Below are positions 19,211 to 27,358 of a DNA stretch of 32,000 nt, piece by piece. Numbering within the stretch: the first letter of the stretch is position 1; each line of letters opens with the position of its first letter. The stretch is from Candidatus Saccharimonadota bacterium (GTDB taxonomy: Bacteria > Patescibacteriota > Saccharimonadia > Saccharimonadales > Saccharimonadaceae). Location: the NCBI GenBank assembly GCA_016700015.1, contig CP064995.1, positions 300,001-332,000 on the forward strand, in the 5' to 3' direction. A program made the position numbers and the translations under genes. A model generated the notes under the pieces. The model was not told where the DNA came from. It ran no database searches and saw nothing but the letters and a program-made list of their open reading frames with translations.

Positions 19211-19858
19211 ATGAGTCGTGAACTGCAGCAGATTGCCGACAAGGCAACACCACTTGTTGAAGGTGCTATCCATAGCTACCTACAGCATAGTGGTGTAAAT
19301 GCTAATCGTACCCTTCGCTCACAGGTGTGTGGGCTGGCCTCTGCGGTATTGGGTACACATCTGGCAGATGAATACGGGATTGAAACCGACCAATATATTG
19401 CGGTACTTCAAGCGTATCCGCGTACCGATGGCTACACGATGACCCATGTTTTGCTGCGCGAGCGACAGACGGGCGCCACTATTGACCCAAGCTACACACA
19501 GTTTTTAGGTCTTGTCGGCCTATCTCAGTATGTACTCGATGCCATGCCAGCGCTTGAGCGGTTTTGTCCTGCGAGCAAGATAGCAGTGATTGATAAGGGT
19601 GAGGAACTGACTTTTGGCATCCGCTACGCCGAATACGCGATTCGAGTGGCACCAAGCGTGCGTACAGAACTAGGTCGCACAGGTGTGACACTCATGCCGC
19701 CTATGGGTAGCTTGTTGCAGGCCACGGACCGCTATGTTCACCAGGTGTATGACAGTATTTGGACACCAGGGCTCTACCAGCCATATGCCAGGCTTGTAGA
19801 CGAGGACGCAGAGCGGACTGTCACAACATGCCTTGCCCGTGCAAAGGCGCTATACTAG
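19211..19858 (+). CDS. hypothetical protein (215 aa), possible transglutaminase-like Cys-His-Asp fold
   Basis: ORF with a leaderless-type promoter. Candidate triad contexts are QVCGLASAVLG, MTHVLL and TIDPSYTQF, with His-Asp spacing of 13. The fold call is weak. Confidence 0.7.
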   Translation: MSRELQQIADKATPLVEGAIHSYLQHSGVNANRTLRSQVCGLASAVLGTHLADEYGIETDQYIAVLQAYPRTDGYTMTHVLLRERQTGATIDPSYTQFLGLVGLSQYVLDAMPALERFCPASKIAVIDKGEELTFGIRYAEYAIRVAPSVRTELGRTGVTLMPPMGSLLQATDRYVHQVYDSIWTPGLYQPYARLVDEDAERTVTTCLARAKALY

Positions 19859-19863
19859 AGAGT

Positions 19864-21897
19864 GTGAATCTCCAGACAAATCTCGAGCAAATCAAAGGAG
19901 TCGGGCCAAAAACCGCTGAGCGATTGCACGTGGCGGGGTTAGTAAGCGTGGATGATTTGTTGACTTTTTTGCCGCGTCGACATGAAGATTACACTGGTGT
20001 CATCGCTATTGCCGACATTAAGCCTGGTAAAGCGACAATTAAAGCACGCTGCGAGAAAATAGAAACTCGTATGGTTCGGCGCGGACTCAAACTCACAAAA
20101 GCCGTGCTGTCTGATGCGAGCGGCAAGCTTAACGCAGTCTGGTTTAACCAACCATATCGAGTGCAGCAGTTATCGGCAACTGATGAAGAATTTTATTTCA
20201 GCGGCGAGTTCGAATACAACTATGGTCGTTATCAACTCACCAATCCTAGCGCCGAAATTGCCAAAGAACTGCCAGTGCAGGCTGAACGACTAGTGCCCGT
20301 GTATCGGTCGGTGCATGGACTCAAAAGCCAGCTTGTACGGAGTATCCTTGCCGAGCTACGTCCACTCATGACTGTGTTACCCGAGACATTGCCGCAAAGT
20401 GTCATGCAGTCCGAAACACTTATAAGTCGATCCGAGGCGATTAGTACGATGCATTTCCCCAAGCGTATTGAAGATGTCGCAGCGGCCCGTGAGCGGCTCG
20501 CATTTGAAGAGTTGTTCGAGCTGCTGCTAGCAAGTCAGCTCAATAAACTCGAGAATCAAAAACTCACAGGCTATCACATTCCGTTTGAAGTTGCCACGGT
20601 CAAAGCGTTTGTTGCATGCTTGCCATTTCAGCTGACCATAGCTCAAAAACGCGCGGCGTGGGATATTTTGCAAGACTTTGAAAAATCGACACCGATGAAT
20701 CGCTTATTACAGGGAGATGTTGGTAGTGGCAAAACGGTGGTAGCGGGATTAGCGGCTCGCCAGGCGGCGAGTCATGGCTACCAGACGGCGTTTATGGCCC
20801 CAACAGAGATACTGGCGACTCAGCATGCCGAGACGCTCGATACATTGCTGAGCCCGTTCGGGGTGCGCGTAGGCCTACTAGTTGGAAGTGTGAAAGGCAA
20901 GGTGCGTAAGATTCTTTATCAGCAGATTGCCGACGGTGAAGTTGATGTTGTGGTGGGTACGCACGCACTTATTCAAGATACTGTCAGCTTCAAGCGGCTT
21001 GGCTTTGTAGTAATCGATGAGCAGCATCGGTTCGGCGTCGCCCAGCGCCAGAAGCTGCTTAGTAAATCTGGCGTGCTTCCACATCTTCTGGCGATGACTG
21101 CTACGCCTATCCCGCGGAGCCTTGCGCTGACTGTCTATGGCGAGCTTGATGTGAGTGTGCTGAATGAGCGACCAGCTAACAGGTTGCCGATCGTGACGAA
21201 GATCGTGTCTCCGGTATCTGCAAAAACAATCTATGGCCATATTGATCAAGAAATTACTAAGGGCAGACAGGTCTATGTAGTGTGCAGTCTGATCGACGAC
21301 AACCCAGACAATGACACGAAAAGTGTGCAGGCTGAGTACAAGCGGCTCAAAAATAGCGTGTTTGGGCATCGGCAAATCGGTCTATTGCACGGCAAGATGA
21401 AGCCAAGCGAAAAGGATCAGACGATGCAGGACTTTAAAGCAAAAAAATACGATATTCTCGTCAGTACTACTGTGGTAGAAGTAGGGGTGGATGTTCCTAA
21501 TGCTACTGTGATGATTATCGAAAACGCCGATCAGTTCGGTCTCAGCCAGTTGCATCAGCTACGCGGGCGAGTGGGACGAAGCGAACACCAGAGCTATTGC
21601 TACCTGATGATGAGCTCGACCAACAAGCCATCGCAGCGTCTGCGCGAGATCGAAAAAAGCAACGACGGGTTTCACCTTGCCGAAGTCGACATGGAACTGC
21701 GCGGCCCGGGTGAAATATATGGCAAAGCCCAGCATGGGGCGCTTAATTTGCAGATTGCGACACTCGCCGACACGCAGTTGATTGCTCGTGCCCAAAAAGC
21801 CGTGCGGCGGTTTATAGAAGACGGCGCTGCTATCGAACAATACTCGGCACTGGCGAGCCAGGTGCGCTACTACCAGCGACTAACTACCCTGAACTAA
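19864..21897 (+). CDS. recG: ATP-dependent DNA helicase RecG
   Basis: I place the start at GTG 19864, just after the upstream stop. The track ORF start at 19759 would overlap the previous gene by 100 nt. Motifs are GDVGSGKT, VIDEQHRFG, LHGKM and QLHQLRGRVGR. Confidence 0.9.
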   Translation: MNLQTNLEQIKGVGPKTAERLHVAGLVSVDDLLTFLPRRHEDYTGVIAIADIKPGKATIKARCEKIETRMVRRGLKLTKAVLSDASGKLNAVWFNQPYRVQQLSATDEEFYFSGEFEYNYGRYQLTNPSAEIAKELPVQAERLVPVYRSVHGLKSQLVRSILAELRPLMTVLPETLPQSVMQSETLISRSEAISTMHFPKRIEDVAAARERLAFEELFELLLASQLNKLENQKLTGYHIPFEVATVKAFVACLPFQLTIAQKRAAWDILQDFEKSTPMNRLLQGDVGSGKTVVAGLAARQAASHGYQTAFMAPTEILATQHAETLDTLLSPFGVRVGLLVGSVKGKVRKILYQQIADGEVDVVVGTHALIQDTVSFKRLGFVVIDEQHRFGVAQRQKLLSKSGVLPHLLAMTATPIPRSLALTVYGELDVSVLNERPANRLPIVTKIVSPVSAKTIYGHIDQEITKGRQVYVVCSLIDDNPDNDTKSVQAEYKRLKNSVFGHRQIGLLHGKMKPSEKDQTMQDFKAKKYDILVSTTVVEVGVDVPNATVMIIENADQFGLSQLHQLRGRVGRSEHQSYCYLMMSSTNKPSQRLREIEKSNDGFHLAEVDMELRGPGEIYGKAQHGALNLQIATLADTQLIARAQKAVRRFIEDGAAIEQYSALASQVRYYQRLTTLN

Positions 21898-21913
21898 CTA
21901 CAGGTAAGCAAAC

Positions 21914-21960
21914 AGCCCCCGGTGACCCGGAGGCTGAATGCCTGCGACGGGACGGGGGCT
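21914..21960 (-). terminator. long GC-rich hairpin at the 3' end of the cassette-2 ORF
   Basis: AGCCCCCG (21914..21921) pairs with CGGGGGCT (21953..21960). Inner CCCG/CGGG and GGC/GCC helices lie between them. The hairpin overlaps the stop codon and is followed on the minus strand by GTTTGCTT. Confidence 0.5.
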
Positions 21961-22219
21961 AGTAGGTGCCGACCTTTACGGTCGTTCCGACGTACATGTA
22001 GAAGTCGGAAAAACGGAACGCGATTGTCGTCCCACCCCTGGTCTTGATTTCGAAGACCACGTGGTTGGCGGGGTTCGCGTTTGTGAGCTTGTAGAGTTCA
22101 TTTTCGAACTCGCGGACGACATCTCGCGGGACGGCGAGCGCATGGTCGGTCAGCTGCGCTTCGCGGTACCCGTGAAACTTTACGGTTGCGCCGTTCAGGA
22201 GATGGGTGAACTCGGGCAT
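21959..22219 (-). CDS. orphan GC-elevated protein, 86 aa, beta-rich (cassette 2)
   Basis: Met8 of track ORF 21959..22240, preceded by AAAGGAG-N5. Sample line 22021..22080 is 36/60 G+C and third codon positions are G/C-biased. No recognised motif (MPEFTHLLNGATVKFHGYREAQ...). Confidence 0.65.
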   Translation of the reverse strand: MPEFTHLLNGATVKFHGYREAQLTDHALAVPRDVVREFENELYKLTNANPANHVVFEIKTRGGTTIAFRFSDFYMYVGTTVKVGTY

Positions 22220-22271
22220 GGGTGCTCCTTTAGTGGTCAAGGTGCGTAGTGGTGAAACTATTCTGAATTAT

Positions 22272-22300
22272 ATTATATCAAAATACAGCGTATTTGTCAA
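22272..22300 (-). promoter_or_regulatory. perfect TTGACA-N17-TATAAT promoter
   Basis: On the minus strand, TTGACA is the complement of 22295..22300 and TATAAT the complement of 22272..22277, with a 17-nt spacer. It sits in an AT-rich divergent promoter region. Confidence 0.65.
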
Positions 22301-22343
22301 TACATCGGTGAAATCTGGTTGTGTTTCTGGTATGATAGACAAA

Positions 22344-23150
22344 ATGTATAGTGGTACAACTTTTCGTAAACAATCCGGCGGGTTTATTGGGGTGCACCAA
22401 AAAATCGATAGGGTGGCGCGCCGCACATTGCAATCTATACCAGGTGTTGGCCCGGGGTTTCCGGCAATTAAAGACATATTGCATTTCGAAGGCAATAACG
22501 GCCCTGATGGCATAAAGCGTAAAAGCCCCAGCCAAGACGAGCCGTGGCACTACATTGACCCTACGAAGCCTGACGATCGGCAGCTTGTCGACATGATTGC
22601 AGACCACCACCATAACCTTGTGGAGGCACTGCGGACAGGCAATGAACAGCGGGCGGCGTTTGAAGCGGCGTGGATTGCTCATGCTATCGTCGACGGGCTG
22701 ACGCCAGCGCACCACTATCCACTTGGCGACAAGATCGAAGAATTGTGGGGTAAGCCCAAAGAAGAGCGCCTAACGATCAAAGAAAAAAACTACATCAAAG
22801 GCGAGAGCGCTCGCGACACGCTCGGCAAAAACTGGCAATACTGGGGTGCAAAGGGAGTGTTTGTGACCCATGTGCTGTTTGAGTTTGGGGTGGCGACAAG
22901 TATTAAAACTACACGATTTACAAAACTCGGCATGTCGCCAGACTGGGTACGCCAGGCCGAAACGATGGGCCTGGAGCGACTGTTTTTGCGTTCGGTGCAG
23001 CGGATTTACGCGCTTGATATGTATCACAACTTCTGGCAGGAAGGCTGGACAGCGAAGCTAGCTAGGCAAGCGCGCACGCAGTTGGTGCCGGAAATTATAC
23101 GCATTGTCACGTATGCTTGGTACAGCGCGTATAAAGAAGCGGGGTTATAA
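22344..23150 (+). CDS. hypothetical His-rich protein (268 aa), possibly phospholipase C / P1-nuclease-like metal site
   Basis: I prefer ATG 22344, which lies 7 nt after TGgTATGAT (22328..22336). An in-frame alternative is at 22332. The track start at 22206 overlaps the cassette-2 start and promoter. His clusters are ADHHHNLVEAL and AHAIVDGLTPAHH. The product call is weak. Confidence 0.65.
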   Translation: MYSGTTFRKQSGGFIGVHQKIDRVARRTLQSIPGVGPGFPAIKDILHFEGNNGPDGIKRKSPSQDEPWHYIDPTKPDDRQLVDMIADHHHNLVEALRTGNEQRAAFEAAWIAHAIVDGLTPAHHYPLGDKIEELWGKPKEERLTIKEKNYIKGESARDTLGKNWQYWGAKGVFVTHVLFEFGVATSIKTTRFTKLGMSPDWVRQAETMGLERLFLRSVQRIYALDMYHNFWQEGWTAKLARQARTQLVPEIIRIVTYAWYSAYKEAGL

Positions 23151-23696
23151 GTGTATATTCGGATAATTGCCGGCAAATATGGTGGCCGCAAAATCGATGC
23201 ACCCGACAACAGCCGTACTCACCCTATGGGTGAACGCGTGCGCAATGCCATGTTTAATAGCCTGGGTAGCCGCATAGAAGGTGCAGAGGTACTCGATGCA
23301 TTTGCTGGTACGGGAGCAGTAGGGCTTGAGGCAGTTAGCCGAGGTGCGAAGCACTGTACATTTATAGAACGCGATAAAATTGCGCAAAAAGTATTGGCAA
23401 AAAATGTGGTATTGCTAGGTACCGAAAATGACACGACAATTGTAAATAGATCTGTTGCTTCATGGATCAATGAAAATTTGGATGCTCGCTACGACATAAT
23501 TTTCGCCGACCCGCCATACCACGACTTGCAGTTATCCACAGTCTCGTTACTTTTTGGGCTTCTCAAACCAAACGGGCTTATGGTATTATCCCATACAGGA
23601 AGAGGTGAGGGACCAAATCTGCTAAACGGAATTGTTGTGGTGGACAATCGTAGTTATGGATCTGCATACCTCACCTTCTTCCGCCGAGAATCATAG
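23151..23696 (+). CDS. rsmD: 16S rRNA (guanine966-N2)-methyltransferase
   Basis: GTG start directly after the upstream TAA. RsmD pattern: RIIAGKYGGRKI, RPMGERVRNAMFNSL, VLDAFAGTGAVGLEAVSRGA, and the DPPY motif in FADPPY. Confidence 0.88.
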   Translation: MYIRIIAGKYGGRKIDAPDNSRTHPMGERVRNAMFNSLGSRIEGAEVLDAFAGTGAVGLEAVSRGAKHCTFIERDKIAQKVLAKNVVLLGTENDTTIVNRSVASWINENLDARYDIIFADPPYHDLQLSTVSLLFGLLKPNGLMVLSHTGRGEGPNLLNGIVVVDNRSYGSAYLTFFRRES

Positions 23697-23715
23697 GACC
23701 AAACGGTCCTTTTTT
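23696..23715 (+). terminator. rho-independent terminator
   Basis: GGACC-AAAC-GGTCC followed by TTTTTT. Confidence 0.8.
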
Positions 23716-23724
23716 GATTATGCT

Positions 23725-23752
23725 TTGACCTCTGTTTTGTCTGCGCTATACT
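23725..23752 (+). promoter_or_regulatory. sigma70-type promoter TTGACC-N16-TATACT
   Basis: TTGACC at 23725..23730 and TATACT at 23747..23752. An ATG lies 8 nt downstream at 23761 but is out of frame with the long ORF. Confidence 0.55.
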
Positions 23753-23776
23753 AGCCAGGTATGACGAGTCGCCTTT

Positions 23777-24382
23777 TTGCGTGAATCCCCACTGGTTGTT
23801 GCCGCCCAACAGTCGCATGACACGTGGCGGGGGTTTGATGAGCGGCAAAAACGAGCTGCAGTCGCTGCCTCTGCAGTCACCTTTGGTCGTCTTGGTCTTC
23901 GGTTGGTTGTAGAGGCCGCGACTCGTACTGGTAGGTTGTCGCGCAAGCAGCGTTTTGTTGCTAATTTAGCGCTTGATATGGCAGATAGTATCGACGGCAA
24001 AATAGCGAGACATTTTGACGCTGTGACACCGTTCGGCAAAGTTGCCGACCCGCTGGCTGATAAGATTGATTTTGCTATTCAGGAATACGGTAGAGTTATG
24101 CGTGGTGAGCTGGATGCCCCGACCGCTGCCGTGCGTAGCGCCCGCGACCTTGCATCCACTCATGTGCGCCACGAACAAAGCTTACGAGCCGCCCGCGGCG
24201 AGATTGCCGATGCCGATACCGGTGCACGGCCATTGAACAAGTGGACGTCTGCTTTTCGTGCCGCTTCTTTGCGCGTAGATGATTTATTTCCTGGTAGTAG
24301 ACTGGCGCAGGGAATGCAACATACGGCGACTGCCGCGCTCATTGCGTCGGGTTTATCAAATGTCAAAGAATATCGTCGATAA
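23777..24382 (+). CDS. protein with CDP-alcohol phosphatidyltransferase signature, atypically non-hydrophobic
   Basis: TTG start as in the ORF track. There is an exact match to D-x2-DG-x2-AR-x8-G-x3-D-x3-D (DSIDGKIARHFDAVTPFGKVADPLAD, nt 23984..24061). The start is uncertain; see findings. Confidence 0.6.
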   Translation: MRESPLVVAAQQSHDTWRGFDERQKRAAVAASAVTFGRLGLRLVVEAATRTGRLSRKQRFVANLALDMADSIDGKIARHFDAVTPFGKVADPLADKIDFAIQEYGRVMRGELDAPTAAVRSARDLASTHVRHEQSLRAARGEIADADTGARPLNKWTSAFRAASLRVDDLFPGSRLAQGMQHTATAALIASGLSNVKEYRR

Positions 24383-24395
24383 GTCAATACAAAAA

Positions 24396-24418
24396 GGCGA
24401 GCAAACGCTCGTCTTCTT
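24396..24418. terminator. bidirectional rho-independent terminator
   Basis: GGCGAGC-AAAC-GCTCGTC (one G-U pair), flanked by AAAAA upstream and TTCTT downstream. It lies between the + strand CDS and the minus-strand tRNA. Confidence 0.6.
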
Positions 24419-24422
24419 GGGT

Positions 24423-24507
24423 TGGTGCGGATGACTGGACTTGAACCAGCACGCCCGAAGGCATATGCTCCTAAGGCATACGTGTATACCAATTTCACCA
24501 CATCCGC
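24423..24507 (-). tRNA. tRNA-Leu (anticodon UAG), CCA encoded
   Basis: Manual cloverleaf: acceptor GCGGATG/CATCCGC; anticodon arm TATGC-CTTAGGA-GCATA; long variable arm TGCCTTCGGGCGT; T arm GCTGG-TTCAAGT-CCAGT; then ACCA. Confidence 0.9.
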
Positions 24508-24600
24508 ACGGGGTGTGAATGTATTTTAACAGATATACTAAAAAAGTGAAACGTATCAACGCTTATGGTATACTAATGGTAATGAAAAAACGAGGGAATA

Positions 24601-26229
24601 ATGAGTAAAATCGCTTCTTACCTTAGCGGTCACTTGGCGGGTGAAGTGTCAACGCGCAGCGATGTACGCGAAGCAATAAGTACAGACCTTGGTATTTTGA
24701 AACTAAAACCAGACATGGTTATTTACCCACGAAATACTAATGATATCCGAAAAGTTTGTCGATTTGCCTGGCAGTTAGCCGAAAAAGGCCACACTCTGCC
24801 TGTGACGGTGCGCGGTGCTGGCACCGATAGTACTGGGGCGGCACTGGGTAAGGGAGCTGCGGTCGTCATGACGGCTCACATGAACCGTATTTTTGAGTAC
24901 GAGCCCAAGCAAAAACTCGTCCGTCTGCAACCAGGCGTGGCAGTTGGCGCTTTGCAACAGTCACTTGCACTACACGGAACTTCAATCATGCCGCTTGTAG
25001 GCTCACATGCGTTTGGTACGGTCGGCGGAGCAGTAGCCAATGCGGTCGCTGGGTTAATGGCCGGCAAATATGGCACGGTAGACAAAGCTGTCGATCAACT
25101 TGAAGTTGTGTTAGCAAGCGGTGATGTTATACAAACCGGCCGCATAAACAAACGCGAACTAAGCCGACGCAAAGGCATGCAAGGGTTTGTAGGTGATATT
25201 TACCGTGGAATCGACGCTATTATTGAAGAAAACACCGACCTGCTTGATACACTTCGCGCCAACGATGCGACCGGTTACAACACTATTGCTGATGTCAAGC
25301 AAAAAGATGGGAGCTTCGATCTGACACCATTGTTTATCGGTAGCCAAGGCACGCTCGGCATTATTACCGAAATGATTATGCGCGGCGAGTTCCGCAGCCT
25401 TCATATGGGCGTGGCAGCGATGGTGTTTGCAAGTAGCAATACTGCCCGCGATGCGCTAGACGAACTTTGTAGTATGACACCGGCGTTTGTAGAATACTTC
25501 GACGCCGAGCTGTTTGAAACGGCCGCTAAGTGTGGTCGCCAGTACGAATTTTACAAGCGTGCGCTTGATGAAATTAAGGCCCCTGCATCGGTAGTGATTG
25601 TCGGGTTTGACGAATTTAGCGACCGCGTTCGTGCAAAGCGGCTGAAAAAAGTTGTTAAAACATTTGCCAAGTATGAAGATGTCGTATTTTCAACCGCCGA
25701 CGGTGATGAGGCGCAGGATATGCTCGCTGCACTCGACGTTACCTACTATACAGCCCTGCCTGGGGAGCAGAGTGAGGGGGCTCCAGGAATCTTTACTGGG
25801 TTCCACGTTCCTACAGAGCGACTCGAAGATTTTGCAAAGTCAGTTGATTTACTTGCTCAAAAGCATCATATAGCTCTGCCTCTGGCTGGGCATGTGTATA
25901 CTAATACCTATGGGGTGTATCCGACGTTCGATCTTCACAAAGTGGGCGACAAGCAAACAGTGCTCAAGCTCCTCGACGCACTTACACAAACAGTATACTC
26001 ACACGGTGGTACTATGGTGGCCGAAGGTGGCGAGGGCCGACTCAAGTCAAGGTTTATTTATAATCAACTCGACGCACGCATTGTAAAGCTGTATCAAGAA
26101 GTACGTAAAGTGTGTGACCCGCATGGCTATATGAATTCGGGGGTGAAAGAATCAATAGAGCTGCGGCATCTGGCCGAAATGATTCGTGACAGCCACGATG
26201 CCGGACAGTTCGCTCGTTTCGGGCTATAA
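24601..26229 (+). CDS. FAD-binding oxidoreductase (GlcD / D-lactate dehydrogenase-like, PCMH-type)
   Basis: 542 aa with a GAGGGA SD. The FAD_binding_4-type N-terminal domain includes VTVRGAGTDSTGAALG. Substrate unknown. Confidence 0.8.
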   Translation: MSKIASYLSGHLAGEVSTRSDVREAISTDLGILKLKPDMVIYPRNTNDIRKVCRFAWQLAEKGHTLPVTVRGAGTDSTGAALGKGAAVVMTAHMNRIFEYEPKQKLVRLQPGVAVGALQQSLALHGTSIMPLVGSHAFGTVGGAVANAVAGLMAGKYGTVDKAVDQLEVVLASGDVIQTGRINKRELSRRKGMQGFVGDIYRGIDAIIEENTDLLDTLRANDATGYNTIADVKQKDGSFDLTPLFIGSQGTLGIITEMIMRGEFRSLHMGVAAMVFASSNTARDALDELCSMTPAFVEYFDAELFETAAKCGRQYEFYKRALDEIKAPASVVIVGFDEFSDRVRAKRLKKVVKTFAKYEDVVFSTADGDEAQDMLAALDVTYYTALPGEQSEGAPGIFTGFHVPTERLEDFAKSVDLLAQKHHIALPLAGHVYTNTYGVYPTFDLHKVGDKQTVLKLLDALTQTVYSHGGTMVAEGGEGRLKSRFIYNQLDARIVKLYQEVRKVCDPHGYMNSGVKESIELRHLAEMIRDSHDAGQFARFGL

Positions 26230-26398
26230 ATTGTTGCAAACTAAAAAGACGAGCTAAGGCTCATCTTAATAGTTTTGGTGCTCATAAGGTTATTGTTGTT
26301 GAATCAGATATGCTGAAAAAAGATTATATCAGCTGCTAAGTAATTACGACTCTTGCGTAGAACAGCTGAAACATCTCGTTACGAATGACCTAAAGGGG

Positions 26399-26427
26399 TT
26401 GCATAAGTTTAATAACTATGTTATAAT
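26399..26427 (+). promoter_or_regulatory. sigma70-type promoter TTGCAT-N17-TATAAT (TGt-extended), leaderless geometry
   Basis: TTGCAT at 26399..26404 and TATAAT at 26422..26427, with 9 nt to the ATG at 26437 and no SD. Confidence 0.65.
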
Positions 26428-26436
26428 CGATCCATT

Positions 26437-26898
26437 ATGTCAAGAAGTGTTGCGGAAGTTACAGGTAAAATGCCATTCGCTGGAAAGTATATAGTTAAAT
26501 ATTTGTATCAAAAGGGTCGTGAAGCCTCTAGAAACGGTGAGTATACAGGTAAAATTACGAGTGCAACTGCTTTAGGTGCGCTTGCCGTCTTACACGCCGT
26601 GCAGCTTAAAATGGGAATAAGAGAGCTTGTATATGACGGCGGACAAAACCCCGCACTCGTTGGGGTTGATGCACTTTACACAGCTGCGAATGCCATGGTT
26701 ACATACACGCAAGCCTATTTAGCCGCTAAAGTCGTTGCGACAGCGAAAGAGCCTGCGATGGTCACCCCTGAGGGTGTGACATCTCACGATGTCGACCAAG
26801 ATAATAACCGACCAAATATCAAGTTAGGCGTTCCAAGCCCAATGGACTTTATCGTAACTGCGGGTGGTCAAGCTATCTTTCTTGCGACGCTGCACTAG
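26437..26898 (+). CDS. hypothetical protein (153 aa), lower GC than its surroundings by eye
   Basis: ORF with a strong leaderless-type promoter. Ala-rich amphipathic or hydrophobic segments. No recognised motif. Confidence 0.65.
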   Translation: MSRSVAEVTGKMPFAGKYIVKYLYQKGREASRNGEYTGKITSATALGALAVLHAVQLKMGIRELVYDGGQNPALVGVDALYTAANAMVTYTQAYLAAKVVATAKEPAMVTPEGVTSHDVDQDNNRPNIKLGVPSPMDFIVTAGGQAIFLATLH

Positions 26899-27045
26899 CC
26901 CCCACTTGCCACACTTAAATTATATAAAAAGCCCGTAAACTCGCTACCTACCTAAAAATATGTCAGTGGTGTTAAAGACCTGATCCTTAACAGATGAGAA
27001 AAGTCCGATTTTTTGAATTTTACTACTTAAAGACAGGGAATAAAT

Positions 27046-27070
27046 AAAAAAAACGAGCGCAAATGCGCTC
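27046..27070 (-). terminator. rho-independent terminator downstream of tRNA-Leu(CAG)
   Basis: The minus strand reads GAGCGC-ATTT-GCGCTC followed by T8 (complement of the A-run at 27046..27053). Confidence 0.75.
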
Positions 27071-27093
27071 AAATTTCCCGAAAAGTTCGTTTT

Positions 27094-27180
27094 TGGTGCG
27101 GATAAGAGGACTTGAACCTCCACGTACTTGCGTACACTAGCACCTGAAGCTAGCGCGTCTACCAATTCCGCCATATCCGC
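27094..27180 (-). tRNA. tRNA-Leu (anticodon CAG), CCA encoded
   Basis: Manual cloverleaf: acceptor GCGGATA/TATCCGC; anticodon arm CTAGC-TTCAGGT-GCTAG; variable arm TGTACGCAAGTACGT; T arm GGAGG-TTCAAGT-CCTCT; then ACCA. Confidence 0.9.
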
Positions 27181-27227
27181 ATATGTATAACACCTAAAGA
27201 GCGCGTGAATTTTTAGGGCTTGCGGCG

Positions 27228-27358
27228 CTAGCTTCTGAAGCTAGGTCACGTTCCGCGACCCCGCGAGCCAGCCTATCGAGCATAGCTCTCTGGTGACATC
27301 GCCTTGCGAACTGCCGACTGACAGTTCTCACGTCTACCAATTCCGCCATATCCGCATA
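27228..27358 (-). pseudogene. scrambled partial copy of tRNA-Leu(CAG) (5' 25 nt + anticodon-arm-like palindrome, no T arm)
   Basis: 27331..27358 is identical to 27156..27183 (28 nt: tRNA positions 1-25 plus 3 upstream nt). 27228..27244 (CTAGCTTCAGAAGCTAG in tRNA sense) matches the anticodon arm except at two loop bases. About 85 nt of unrelated GC-richer sequence lies between the two pieces. Confidence 0.7.

Noticed and set aside
19759-19863. ATG 19759 as the recG start
   Set aside because: It overlaps the upstream gene by 100 nt and encodes Cys/Arg-rich, non-RecG-like sequence. GTG 19864 gives a normal RecG N-terminus.
21938-22249. 103-aa plus-strand ORF in cassette 2
   Set aside because: It is antisense to the ORF that has the SD, promoter and hairpin. 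It has no SD and begins inside the hairpin.
22206-22343. Long 5' extension of the 22344 gene
   Set aside because: It would overlap the cassette-2 start codon and both divergent promoters. The extended -10 box at 22328..22336 points to a leaderless start.
24160-24501. 113-aa minus-strand ORF
   Set aside because: It starts inside tRNA-Leu(UAG), crosses the bidirectional terminator, and is antisense to the CDP-alcohol-signature gene.
26944-27174. 76-aa minus-strand ORF (MAELVDALASGASVRK...)
   Set aside because: Its 5' third is simply a translation of the tRNA-Leu(CAG) gene, a classic tRNA-derived artefact. The rest runs through the terminator and AT-rich spacer.
27181-27358. Intron-containing or split functional tRNA-Leu (group I intron idea)
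   Set aside because: The interruption lies between the D arm and anticodon arm, not in the anticodon loop. It is only about 85 nt, and no T arm or 3' acceptor strand follows, so no functional tRNA can be reconstituted.
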